A program made the translations under genes and the position numbers. A stretch of 64,000 nt of DNA from Neodothiora populina (lineage: Eukaryota): the NCBI RefSeq assembly GCF_041146345.1, contig NW_027191407.1:124001-188000 (forward strand), written 5' to 3'. A model generated the notes under the pieces. It saw only the letters and a list, made by a program, of their open reading frames with translations. It was not told where the DNA came from and did not search any database. Position 1 is the first letter of the stretch, and every line of letters starts with the position of its first letter. Shown here in pieces: positions 46,401 to 58,109 of this stretch.

Positions 46401-48429
46401 CGAGCCCACTAGCATTTCCGTATGGGATCCTGTAAGCATCATGGAATTGCCCAACTTTTGATCTAATCATGATGGAGGGGTGTAAACACTGACAGCCCTT
46501 GCCTGCGGCATCGCACATGGGCACCTGGCCATCAGGACAATTGTCGACCTCTTGCTCGCATACGCAGTGTTTAGCACCCGCCTTGCCATCGCAAAGCTTG
46601 CTTGACGTGTTCGGGCAGACACCATCGGGTGCAACAGGAGTAGTGGCACCCTTGCCGGGCTTCGGCTGTGACACTAGATGTTTGCCAACACATTTGCACG
46701 TGTTGGCGTATCCGTTGCAGAGCTTACGTTCGTCAGATGAACAACCAGTATCTACAGGGAAGAGGCATTGACAAATCTTAGCATCAGTCCGGCCATCACA
46801 GATCTTGGTTGCCTCTTTCGGGCAAGCTTTGCCTGGAGCAGTCTCATCCGTAGTGTAGTCACGAGGGACGACGCGCTCGGCAGTATCCCGATGCAGGAGT
46901 TCTGGCTTGCCGGTGGGAAGATAGTCACTGCCAGTCTCGGTTGTCCAGATGGTGGAGGCATGCTTGACCTTGTTGCTCTCAAGACTTTGAACAATGACGG
47001 CGGCAGGGGGGCTAGGGGTCGCGGAGACAATGACCTCAACGACACTGGTCATTCTGGTAAAGACGAAGGAAGACTTGGTGGACTGTTCTAGGCGACTGAG
47101 CGCCAACCTAGAAGCCTTTGCTCGATCGCACATGTTACGCTCCTTGATCTCTCTGCGGCCAAGCTGCTTGACAGCGGAGGCAGCTGCAGACTGGGCGGCC
47201 TGAGACTTCTTGGCACATTTGTTGTCTCCTTGCTTGCAGCCACTGATATTGACATCAACATCGACATCGACATTGATGCCGCAGTGGGGACACTTGGAAT
47301 CATCGGTGCATGAGTCGCAGTCAGATTTGGGGGGAGATAGTGGCGGAGTGTTGGTTGTCACAGTTGTGCCAGGCGCGGTGATCGTTGTGCTCGAGATTAC
47401 GGTGGTCCCAGGACCACGGATGGTGGTGCCTCTGAAGCAGGTGAATGCGGAGACGACAGTTGAGCCAGGGCCAGTGACGGTAACGCCAGGAGCAGTCACG
47501 GTGCTCTGAGGAGGATAGACAGTGGTACCAGAGACGACTGTAGATCCAGGCCCTGACACCGTTTGCGTGATTGGAGGGATAGTGACAGTATAGTTCTTAG
47601 TGATTCCAGAAACGACGGTGCAGTAAACAGTGATTCCTGGAGCGGTCTTCATGGTATTGAGGGTAATCGTAGACGCGGGAGCAGTGACTGATTGGATGAT
47701 AGTAGTACCGGACACAATAGTTGTGCCTGGCAGGGTCTGGGTGGACCCGGGTGCAGTAACATTGTAGGTACGGTACATAGTCGTCCCAGAGACGACAGTA
47801 GCAGTCTTGGTAGATCCAGGCGCGGTCCAGGTGGTACCCGGAGCGGTGACGTTGTGTTGTACCGTGGGGCCAGGGACAGTCGAGACGCGTGAGATTGTGG
47901 CGCCAGGCAGCATACGCGTGAGGGACAGGGTGGTGCCGGATACTACGGTGCAAATGACGGTCTTTCCGGGTAATGATGTTGTCTTCGTTGTGCCGGGAGC
48001 AGTGACAGTGGTACCAGAGACGATTGTGGAGCTCGGAGCGGTAACGGTGGAAGCTTGACACGAGGAGCAGCTAGACTCCGAAGAGGAGGTCGAGCAGCTA
48101 GTCAAGGAAGAAGGTGACGAGGTCGAGGTAGATGAGCTTGAACAGCTGGTGGAAGACGAAGACGACGAAAACAAGGTAGAGGAGCTCGAAGAGACCGAGG
48201 AAGCGGAAGACAGAGTGGTGCAAGCGCTAGAGTTGCATGGAGGCGGGCTGGCGATGCTGCTGGAGCTGCAGCTGGCCGACGTGAAGGTGCTGCAACCACC
48301 AGCGGCATGACAAGAGGTGATGATGGAGGTCTTAGTCGACTTGGCAGTAGCCGTAACAACGGGGGCCGGGGCAGCCAGCACCGTGATGGTGTAGGCGCTC
48401 AAGGCCAGAAGGGGGAGCGTGAAGCGCAT
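43478..48429 (-). CDS. Large (~1530 aa) secreted, Thr/Ser-rich, Cys-rich modular repeat protein; exons 48429-46226 and 45866-43478
   Basis: Signal peptide MRFTLPLLALSAYTITVLA-AP. The stop of the upstream ORF lies inside a GTAAGT donor (46225). Branch point GCTAAC and CAG acceptor (45867) precede the downstream ORF, and the phases match (GA|T = Asp). Confidence 0.75.
44760..45160 (-). repeat. Four coding repeats of G(Y)DFLTQSLISL(T/S)PAEAT
   Basis: DNA-similar units anchored at 45130, 45031, 44908 and 44791 (periods 99, 123, 117 nt, all multiples of 3). Confidence 0.9.
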
Positions 48430-48682
48430 GTTAAGTCGAAGTTGGATCCGACGTCTGCTTCTCGAGCTGAGCAATCTTGGGCTTGTTGCGTGAGTGTCAG
48501 GTGTAGGAGAAAGTTGGAAAGCAGAGGGGCAGCGGAGTATTTATATATTCGGGTTCCGCTTCGATACTGCTACAATTATTCCACAGTGCAGCCATCGCGA
48601 TTGCAAATGAGATCCCACCAATGACAATATCATGCAAGATGATCAACGTCAAAAGCTGAGGGTAAGAGTTTGCGCATTTGCA

Positions 48683-50126
48683 TTACGCTTTTCCCAATGA
48701 CCAACCATCGTCTCCATTATTACGGGTCCATCCTCGCAGTGGACCTTGTCTGACCAGCCTTTTGATAGATTCTCGCGCTTGCAAAGCGTAGTGGGTCTTC
48801 ACCCCATTGTACGTAGGCTGATTCAGAGCTTGTTGAATGGCCTTCTCCCCGATCATCATAGCAAGACCTGCAGCCATTAACCACGTTTTTCTTCTCGACA
48901 CGGCAGAAGCCCCCCTTGGATCAAGCTGCTTTCTCCCTTGCAGAACTCCATTGATAAGGGTCTCCTGATTCGATCCATATGTCAGTGAAGAGATATTGGA
49001 GGGGACAATAGAGACAGTATCTGCCCACGCTGTAGAGCGTCGACTGAAGCTAAACTCGCGAGCGGTGGGGTTGACCTTGAAAGGTCTATAGGAATAGAGT
49101 GTGAGTGCATAGTCACGATCCCCAGTACGCTCTAGTGGAGCCATCCGACCTTCCGGGCCAAAGGCTCGCTGACAAGCCGTGTCAATGTATTGGCTAGCGG
49201 GCATGGTCAGCGTAGATAGATAAGCTCTGTCTGGATGTACGAATAGAGATGTGAGACTCGAAAGTGTTGAGGTAGTCTGCTTCAGTGCCAGTTTGTCGGA
49301 GCATGACTTGGACAAAGTTGGTGGTGCATCTGGTCGGGAAGGTTTGCGACGGACAACGCCCAGGACGTCAAAATAGGAGCGACCGTAGAGCTGGGATGAA
49401 GCTTGGTCATCCCGGGATGGACTGCCACTTTTCGACCCTATGCAGCCAGGGTGATCTTCTGAATCAGCAGGTTGTGGGGGAGGGGTACGTGACCAGGGCG
49501 TAGCATCTTGCTGAGCAGCCATGGTCAATTCCATGCTCGCATCTCCACAGGGCGCCTCGGAGCAGTACATGTGTAGTGTGACATTGTCTCTGATTCGGAA
49601 TGGCTGTCCCTGCCATGATCGCCCGTTCTGTGGCAGGTCGTCATCGGAGGCAATCTCGGCAGGCTTGTTCCTCCACTCGAGGATGTTGGCCGCGGCACCA
49701 TCTACACTATTGTCATGATCATTCCCTGGCATAGCGAGACGACTACATTCATCGAGTAAGAAGCGGTTGAAGGCTCTCAAAGCTAGTATCTCAGCATGAC
49801 TGTCATGCAAGACATTGCCCTGCAGCACATGTAATTTGTCCTGAGGCAGACATTTCATACCAGTAGCTAGGGCGACACATCTCAGCCTATTGCCTGGTTG
49901 TTCATAATGTCTAGAAATTGTGATTAGTATGAGGTCATCGGGGAAAAGAACCATTCGTGGATCATTACCCACTATCAACTACGATACCGGCAAGAGGAAC
50001 CCATTCTCGCCGGCCAGGCTTCAGAGCAGAAGACGTATCACGAGGCTTGCGATGGGAAGGAAGTGCATCGAATGCACTTATAACGCAATCCGCGATCGCA
50101 TTTGCTTCTTCAAGGTCTTTCGTCAT
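48683..50126 (-). CDS. TAD1: tRNA-specific adenosine-37 deaminase Tad1/ADAT1 (2 exons)
   Basis: REWVPLAGIVV, CVALATGMKCLP, LHDSHAEILALRAFNRFL, YCSEAPCGDAS, RRKPSRPD, SKSCSDKL. Confidence 0.9.
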
Positions 50127-50976
50127 GCTTCGTCAATATTCGATACTAAACATTAAGAAAAGAGCTTTTGAGCACTTTTTTCGAAGAACAACATATATAT
50201 CCGCAAACAGGGCAAATGAGGTTGCAGCATGGAGTGTGATATGAAATGCTATGATAAGAACTCTATCGACAGAAGCAAATCAGCCGTCGCGTCGCGTTCC
50301 GAAAGTGTTCTTTTTTTGTGCTTGGATCTTCACTTCACATTCGTCAACTGAGGTATTATTCTATACGCATCTACATAAAAGGCTTGGCCAGCTTGACGAC
50401 CCGCTCAAGCGTGAACTCCCGCTCTGGACACGCCCTTTCGAAAGCCTCTATTCCGTCGGGTTTGATGGAATACAAGAACGAACTAATAAATTGAAACGAA
50501 TTGATTCCATCTTGATATTTAGTGAGTTCTTAGCCAGAGGTAAGACGCACTACTACATTATTTGCGAGTATTCGGAAGAAGAGGCGGAAAAGAAGTGCTT
50601 CCGCGTGGAGTAATGTCAAGTTATAGCCATAGTGACGACCGCAGACATAAATAGCCATTAATTCCAGACATCAGCTTTGAGACAATTGCTATTTGGCCTG
50701 CTTGAACAGATCTATAAACCCAGATAATTCAATCGAGTGCAAAGATCGCAATAGTGTTGTCCTCAGGCAATGTTCCTCTATGGCAGACGACGCCTGATTG
50801 ATTGAAGCAACTTTGGAGGACTTTATTCAGCATGAGAGGTGCCCATGAGTGCTGTCAGGTGAACGGCTCTTCGACGTTGTGATAATGCCACTCGCTACAG
50901 CAATATTCGCGGGTAGAGATTCACCATGCTATAGGCTCTGTACAACCATCTAGAATGCTCAATTCCTACTTGATCA

Positions 50977-52071
50977 TCACTTCTTCGATCCTTCAAGGAA
51001 GTCCTTCATGTTGAGCTCTCCCGTGCCCCTTTCTAAGGGCTTAGCTTGACCTTTGCCCTCTTTCCAGCCGATCATATAGATGGTTCGAAAGGTAGCAGGT
51101 ATACTGCCATCCTCATTGCCATAAATCTCCTTGTAGATGGCTTCTGTTGCCAACAAGACCTCCCTAGAGATAGGACCTGCCATACGTCGCAATGCAGCAT
51201 TTGATTCACCCATTGCTTGTAGGTCACGCATCAAGTGAAGCGTAGTCGGGTAATCGACAATTATGTCATCGACATCTACAGTCAAGAGCTTAAAACCAGC
51301 ACGATTAAGCAGATTGCCAACGTCTCGCACATCTGCTAGAGGCGAAACATGTGCACCAATACCTCCTAAGCGATCGGACTCGGCGAGTTGCAGGGATCCA
51401 CGCAACTCATACAAAGTGTCGCCGCCAGACATGGCAGCAATGAAAGGGCTGTCTGGCTTGAGAGAGTGATTGATTTGAGTCAGCACGGAAGGCAGGTCAT
51501 TAATCCAGTGCAAGCTCAGTGATGACAGAACAAGGTCGAATGTGTTTGGCTCGTAAGGGAGATATTCAGTGTTCTGCAGAATCTCTCTAGATAAGGACAT
51601 CTCTTTGTTGAAAGGCTCGTTCTGATCACGGTAGAGCATTGCAGCATTGGTGTCGGCGCATGTTAGGTGGCCAATTTTCTTGCTTAGTGGTTCTGCCACC
51701 GGAGCCATCGAATCTGGGTCTGGATCCGGTCGAGTGAGGATCTTTGCAATATTACAAGCATTGGCTCCATAGTCAAGCACATTGTCAAAGTTACGGTTGA
51801 TATCAAGCAACCGGGTGCAAAGACGAGCGGCTACTTCATCGCGAAGATAGTCGACTGCCCGTGATTCGTTGACGTCTGTGGCGGCTCTAGTTCTTTGTAG
51901 GTGTTTGGATTCATTTGAGAATACAGAAACAGTAGGAGCTCCAGGATTCTGCACTGCGTATCCACGACGGCTTGCTCGAGTCTGTTGTATGCGACTCCAC
52001 TGCCCCAGTGGCTCCTTTGCACGTCGGATCAATGAACGCGCTGAACTGTTTATATTCATGACGCTCGACAT
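50977..52071 (-). CDS. NDUFAF5: Complex I assembly factor NDUFAF5 (SAM-methyltransferase-fold arginine hydroxylase)
   Basis: DYLRDEVAARL, FDLVLSSLSLHWINDLP, GGDTLYELRGSLQLAE, HVSPL, DLQAMGESNA, IPATF..IYMIGWK. Confidence 0.9.
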   Translation of the reverse strand: MSSVMNINSSARSLIRRAKEPLGQWSRIQQTRASRRGYAVQNPGAPTVSVFSNESKHLQRTRAATDVNESRAVDYLRDEVAARLCTRLLDINRNFDNVLDYGANACNIAKILTRPDPDPDSMAPVAEPLSKKIGHLTCADTNAAMLYRDQNEPFNKEMSLSREILQNTEYLPYEPNTFDLVLSSLSLHWINDLPSVLTQINHSLKPDSPFIAAMSGGDTLYELRGSLQLAESDRLGGIGAHVSPLADVRDVGNLLNRAGFKLLTVDVDDIIVDYPTTLHLMRDLQAMGESNAALRRMAGPISREVLLATEAIYKEIYGNEDGSIPATFRTIYMIGWKEGKGQAKPLERGTGELNMKDFLEGSKK

Positions 52072-52561
52072 GGGACTGATCGGAGTTAAGAAAAGCAGAA
52101 GAGAAGTCAAATATGATGTGTAGCAACTTTTGTGAAGGGCGATGCGGTGAGGTATTTCAGATGGTTCTGCTTTACTGTTTCAACAATCTAAGGTATTTAT
52201 TCTTTATACATTTCCATATCAAAAAAAGGTACACGTCGTCATAGAGTTGTTCCACCGCGGTCTTGGCGGATTCGGGGAAGACAGCCGCATCGATGCTATT
52301 CCTGGAATGTCGTGGGGTTCCAATTAGACTGCGCCGCGTCGCGCAAGAGAACCACTTTGATCTACGCCACATCGCGTAACGAGAAACCCTGTCCGCTCGC
52401 GAGACGGACGGATTAACTTTGTCGGTAGTGGACAAGATCTAGGTTTGTCTTGTTGTCGGCTTGTTGGGTTGCGACTTTAGACTTTTCTTCTTGGTACACA
52501 GAAGTATAGTCAGTTGTAATAGCAGTAGCAGCAGCAGTAGCCACAACAGCTGCGAATAATC

Positions 52562-53506
52562 ATGGCAAACGAACCCGTAGACGAACGCGTGGTAGACCCA
52601 GCCAAAGTATGGACGACATTAATCACAAACACCTCTTACCTGTCCGGACTCTTGACCTTGGACTATTCGCTAAAAGCAGTAGGGAGTAAATACCCTCTGA
52701 TAGCATTGTACACGGATGGATTCCCAGAAGAAGGACACGCAGCACTGAAAGCTCGCGGGATCCCTTCGAAGCGCGTGCCATATCTGCTTCCCTCTGTGCC
52801 CAAAGAATACACCAACGACCCGCGCTTCTACGACTGCTGGAGCAAACTGACGCCCTTCAATCTGGTTGAATATGAACGCGTCATTCAGCTCGATAGCGAC
52901 ATGCTGGTGCTTCAGAACATGGACGAGCTGATGGAAATCGAGCTGGATGGCCCCGAGCTCGAGGGGAAGGGCAACCGGGTTTTCGCTGCGAGCCACGCCT
53001 GTGTCTGCAATCCGCTCAAGAAACCGCATTACCCCAAGAACTGGATCCCAGAGAACTGCGCTTTCACTCCGCAGCACAGTCAGCCGGAAGAAGCTCAGAC
53101 CGTCGGCGCAGGCCCTACTGCTGGACTGGCTATGCCGAACGGTGGTCTTCAGGTCGTCGTGCCGTGCAAGGCTGTCTACGATCAGATCCTCAAGATGCTG
53201 GGCACTGATTCTACCATCGACATGGAATTTGCTGATCAGTCAATGCTGAGCGAGTGTTTCCCTGGTCGATGGGTGGGTCTGCCGTATATCTACAATGCGC
53301 TCAAGACGCTGCGCTATAAGGGCGTACACGATGCGATCTGGAGAGATGACAAGGTCAAAAACATTCATTATATCATGAGCCCTAAGCCCTGGGACGAAAA
53401 GGAGGGCGAGAAGGGAAAGAAGGATGAAACGAGTCTATGGTGGTGGAATATCGACGATAAGAGAAAAGAGCAAGAGAAGAGCAAGGGAATTGACGATGGA
53501 TTTTGA
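52562..53506 (+). CDS. Glycosyltransferase family 8 (glycogenin/galactinol-synthase-like)
   Basis: WTTLITNTSYLSG, WSKL, QLDSDMLV (DxD), PNGGL, FADQS, YNALKT, HYIMSPKPW. Confidence 0.88.
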   Translation: MANEPVDERVVDPAKVWTTLITNTSYLSGLLTLDYSLKAVGSKYPLIALYTDGFPEEGHAALKARGIPSKRVPYLLPSVPKEYTNDPRFYDCWSKLTPFNLVEYERVIQLDSDMLVLQNMDELMEIELDGPELEGKGNRVFAASHACVCNPLKKPHYPKNWIPENCAFTPQHSQPEEAQTVGAGPTAGLAMPNGGLQVVVPCKAVYDQILKMLGTDSTIDMEFADQSMLSECFPGRWVGLPYIYNALKTLRYKGVHDAIWRDDKVKNIHYIMSPKPWDEKEGEKGKKDETSLWWWNIDDKRKEQEKSKGIDDGF

Positions 53507-54269
53507 GGAGATCATGGCTTGTTTAAGAAGATTGGACATATGCTCTCTTCCTGCTGCTATCTATCAGATAGTGTTGCATTCCGGCCGGTAAAAACAATCC
53601 TTGATATGGGCTTGGAGTATGCCATCGCATACTGTGTTCGCTTTCACAGAATGTTCTCTATTTGGATAGCGACAAGAGATAAAGGCTCGACACGCATTCA
53701 ACTTATTGAGTACTGTACGAAGCCATGCCAGACTCGCAATTTTCGTAGCTGTCATAATGTATAACACTACAGTCAATAGAGTTGTTTGACCATAATTTAT
53801 TAGACTTGAACAGCCTGACAGTCCATTCGTAAAAGCGCCATGATCGAGTAACAACGCACCTACGAATTGCTTAAATAAGTATGCCGAGCCAGTGAGCTTT
53901 GTGAGATCGTAAATCCTCACCGAGATTCGAGATCGTCCGAGATAATCCGAGGGTACAACGACTTCGATTTCTACTTTACTTGTATAACAGTAAATAATTG
54001 AGTGTAAACAATAAAAATGGTATCAATTGCTTGCGGAATCGTTACATACGTACAATTCTGAAAAGTTCTTGAGGAGGATTCAGCCTACTCAGTATACGCA
54101 GATAGGTTGCCAACCAATACTAGTCAGTGCTCGACAATTGATGTCAACGAATGGAGGGGCTCGGATTTTGACTCATATCTCCTCTCTATTATCTCACTCG
54201 AGATCGACCAAAGTCTACTTGCGTATCCTGTGCTCCGGTCAAGCTACTCCCAAGCGGTCTATTGTAAAC

Positions 54270-55604
54270 ATGGCTTCCACAGAAAGAGCAACGAACGTCT
54301 CAATCGCGCCTCTACTTGCTAGACTTGCGGATCCCTCGACCACATATCACAGCATTACTGGACCCGAGATTGCAGCTGCCATATCGCTCATTTTCGACAA
54401 TGCGACTTCACCTGTGCAGACGGGGTGTCTGTTGTATGCCCTTCACACTACGCAATTAGACCGTCGTCCCGATGTCCTGGCTGCATGCGCCGATAGTATG
54501 CGACTTGCTTCGGCGCAGGTAGACAACGATGCATTAAAAAAGGCCGTGGAGGAGAGAGGGAAGAAGGAGGGACAGTACAACGGTGGTCTGGTATGCTGTC
54601 TTTACTTCTGTCATCTTCTCAGTCGCTCTTAGCATACTGACTACAGATTCCAGTGCGATATAGTTGGCACAGGCGGCGACAGCCACAACACTTACAACGT
54701 CAGCACCACATCCTCTATTCTGGCGTCTGCTCTCTTGATGATGGCTAAACACGGCAACAACGCCTCTACGTCCAAGTCCGGCAGTGCCGACCTTCTTCTT
54801 GCCGCGCAGCCTTCCCCAAGCATTTCTTCTGTGCTCTCAACGACATTACCAGAAATATACTCGTCTACGAATTACGCCTTCCTCTACGCCCGAGAGTGGC
54901 ACTTGGGCATGCGGTACGCGGCCGCTGTGCGAAAAGAGCTGCCCTTCCGCACAATCTTCAACCTACTAGGGCCCCTCGCAAACCCAGTCCAATCGTCTGG
55001 TCTGATTGAGACGCGCATCTTGGGTGTCGCAAAGAAAGACATGGGTCCCATCTTCGCCGAGTCTTTGCGCCTCAGTGGAGCTACAAAGGGAATGGTCGTG
55101 TGCGGCGATGAAGACCTCGACGAGTTGTCATGCGCAGGAAAGACACACTGCTGGATGCTCACGGAGCAAGACCCGGCTCTGGCCAAGCCTGCGACTTATG
55201 CTCCCTCGGTAGTCATCGAACCCTTTACTGTTCACCCTTCAGACTTTGGTCTCACCCCTCAGCCCTTATCAGCCGTAGCAGGCGGCAAGTCGCCATCCGA
55301 GAACGCTGCTATCCTTAAGACGATCTTGGACGGCTCAATCGATCCACAAGATCCTGTCTTGACTTTTGTCCTGATCAACACGGCTGCTTTACTGGTCGCA
55401 AGCGGTATCTGCGAGACCGATACAAGCGCTATGGGACCCGGCGACGATGGCAACGTGATGAAAGAAAGAGGGCCAGGCGGACAAAGATGGAAGGAAGGTG
55501 TTAGGAGAGCGAGATGGTGTGTCGAGTCCGGCTCCGCCAAGGCATCCTGGGAGGGATTCGTGAAGGCGACCAGAGAGATCGAGAGCAAGATTGCCGCAGC
55601 ATGA
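54270..55604 (+). CDS. TRP4: Anthranilate phosphoribosyltransferase
   Basis: CDIVGTGGDSHNTYNVSTT, KHGNNASTSKSGSADLL, RTIFNLLGPLANP, LDELS; intron 54591-54653. Confidence 0.95.
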
Positions 55605-56006
55605 AGGAGCAATTGCTATAAGAGACCCAATCAACAATGGGGAAAAGTAGATTACTAGACTACGTTCTTATCATCATGAAACTTTTCGTGATTCCGAGCT
55701 CAGCATTGAATGAGGACAGGATAGGACAGCAGCGTAGTGGAGGGGTGGCGGGGTACACTGCGATCTCCCATCGCCAAGATATTCCGCCCCATCTGTGTCG
55801 GGGCGGAGAGCGGCGAGCGGGCAGGGCGTAACACGATACAGCTTCGCTCTCATACGTCCGCACCTTTGCTATAGCACAAAGTACATTGGCCGTCCAATTG
55901 TCGTGTCTGTTCCCTTCACATTAAATCTTCACATTAAATCTTCACACGAGTGCGCAAACTCGGTTCCGACAAAGAATGAGTTCAGGCTAATTTTCTCCAG
56001 TCTACA

Positions 56007-56319
56007 ATGCCTTCAAGACCCAACCTCACCGGCTTCGATCCTCAGAAGTTCGCTGCCTCTGCTGGCCATGCGGCAAAAGATCCCTGGGCCAGAGCGTGCG
56101 TCGCGTCCTCGAGCTTTGTTTCAATTGCATCTCTGACATTGTTCCGTTGACAGTGAGACCTGGAGATACACCGGTCCTTTCTCCCGCTTCAACCGCTTCA
56201 AGGGCGCCTTCCCCGGCCTCGGAATAGCTACTGTCGCATTCGCCGGATATCTCGCCTACGAGGCCGTCTTCCTCAAGGACGAGCACCACGGCGACGGACA
56301 CGGAAGCGACCACCACTAG
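56007..56319 (+). CDS. NDUFB3: Complex I accessory subunit B12/NDUFB3 (NB2M)
   Basis: MPSRPNLTGFDP...KDPWARA|ETWRYTGPFSRFNRFKGAFPGLGIATVAFAGY...HH*; intron 56096-56152; probable 5'-UTR intron ending at 56000. Not present as one ORF in the track. Confidence 0.9.
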
Positions 56320-56874
56320 ATTGTCTGCTTTCCATTCCTCCCATTCGGCCTTTTCCACATTTCCCGCCTGGCGTTCATGGAGTTATACCCACTAAATCAT
56401 GAAACCAAAGAGGCAGTCCGTTCAGACGAGACACAGTCAGACGGTAGCGAGGCTCATCCCGCTTCGAGGCGATGACTGAAGCAACTGTTCTGAGACGATT
56501 CAGGTCGATGCATCAGCGTTTCTGTGCGAATCGACAGTATGTGACTATGTGATGGATCTACATGGCATTTTCGCGGCACCTTTCTGTCTATTAGCATACT
56601 GTATATAAAAGTGGCAGTCAGAACCCATCAATTCCACCTCTGGAACTGCATGTGAACTCTGCGAGCTCGTGACCTCATATTCCATGCCTGATACTGCCTT
56701 TTGTTTGTAGACATGATCATATCATCTTCTGTGACTCTCTTCTTGGCGTTACGTGCCTACTTGTCTGGCTCATATATTTTCGGCGTCTCGGAGTTACCAC
56801 ACTTCTTCTCTTCTTCTGTCCACCACTGATTACACCCACCACTGTCTTTGCAACAACAACATAACAAAGCAGAA

Positions 56875-57804
56875 ATGAATTGCAACGGAAGCATGACCTC
56901 GGCTCGCGCTCTCTATCGCGTTTTCATCCAACCCACACTCCAGCAATCGTCGTCGGCGACAACGATTCGCTCATTACACCAATCCACCAACCGCATCCTG
57001 ACAAGAAGTCTACGCCCGCGTCCAGAGGCGCCATATGTCCCTAAGACAGCAAGAGTCTCACACTTCAGCACAAGCACCTCTCGTCCCGCAACGCGGCCTC
57101 CAGAAAAGCGCACACAACTATGGGACGAAGAGATCCGCGCACGCCTGGTGCGAGTGGTAGACCCAGAGACACAAGCGCTGCTTCCGGCCCAAGGGCTGCG
57201 CAGGGTGCTGCAGACGTTCGACCGCAAGACACATAGACTGGTCGCCATGACAGGCCCGCCCAAGTCCAATAACAAGGGCAGCAATAACAAAGCACGTGGC
57301 AAAGCCAGCGCGAACAACGAGGAGGACGACGCAGCAGGCGATGAGGTAGAGGCGGGGCAAAAGACGAATTCACAGCAGAGGCGGCAACAGTGGTTGCTGG
57401 ACATGGAAGCAGAGGAGGCGGAGGAGTGGATTCCGACCTGCAGGATCATAAGCAAGAAAGACCAATACCTGGCGGAGAAGGCGAGGCGCAAACAGCAGAC
57501 GCTCGTCAAGAAGGCTTCGGGCGAGGCAAACACCAAGATCATAGAGTTGAGTTGGGCTATCGACTCGAATGATCTGTCGCACAGACTCAAGCGCGTGAAA
57601 GAGTTTTTGGAGGATGGCAAGAGGGTCGAGGTTGTCATCGCCAAGAAAAAGGGAGGCCGGAAGGCGACGCCCGAGGAGTGTCAGGGGGTCGTGCAGAAAG
57701 TGAAAGAGGCGGTCGAGGCAATCGAGTGTGCGAAGACGTTGAAGGACATGGAAGGCAAGATGGGGCTCACTGCCACCATGTTCTTCGAGGGAGTCAAGAA
57801 GTAA
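56875..57804 (+). CDS. Mitochondrial translation initiation factor IF-3-like
   Basis: Presequence-like N-terminus, DEEIRARLVRVVD, PTCRII, KIIELSWAIDSNDLSHRLKRVKEFLEDGKRVEV. Confidence 0.8.
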   Translation: MNCNGSMTSARALYRVFIQPTLQQSSSATTIRSLHQSTNRILTRSLRPRPEAPYVPKTARVSHFSTSTSRPATRPPEKRTQLWDEEIRARLVRVVDPETQALLPAQGLRRVLQTFDRKTHRLVAMTGPPKSNNKGSNNKARGKASANNEEDDAAGDEVEAGQKTNSQQRRQQWLLDMEAEEAEEWIPTCRIISKKDQYLAEKARRKQQTLVKKASGEANTKIIELSWAIDSNDLSHRLKRVKEFLEDGKRVEVVIAKKKGGRKATPEECQGVVQKVKEAVEAIECAKTLKDMEGKMGLTATMFFEGVKK

Positions 57805-58109
57805 GGGGTGCTGTCGGCATTGGGGATCATGACATGACAGGAACCGTGTCTCTGGGAGTTCGTGGAGGATGACCCCTACATAAAGTTGGATGAATGGTGT
57901 ACGACTACAGCGGTCCGCTCTGTATGGTAGTAGCATTGTACATGGACAAGACGAGAAGATGATCCACATAGACAAGATGACAATGTATAAAAAGTCATGG
58001 TCGGGTATCATGTTTCATTTATGCCTCACTTCGAGGACATTATCAATTTTTCTTTCTTTCAATGCCCTATACTTTCCCTTGACTCCACGATCGAGTCCAG
58101 AATCCCCAA

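Noticed and set aside
43478..48429. Dikaritin/ustiloxin-type RiPP gene cluster
   Set aside because: No DUF3328/UstYa oxidase, tyrosinase, P450 or transporter is visible nearby, and the repeats are not uniformly KR-flanked. Only the precursor-like architecture is reported.
54640..54653. Tandem acceptors (CTACAG / TTCCAG) in TRP4 as alternative splicing
   Set aside because: The upstream AG is 7 nt away and would frameshift; only the distal one restores GGL-CDIVGTGGD.
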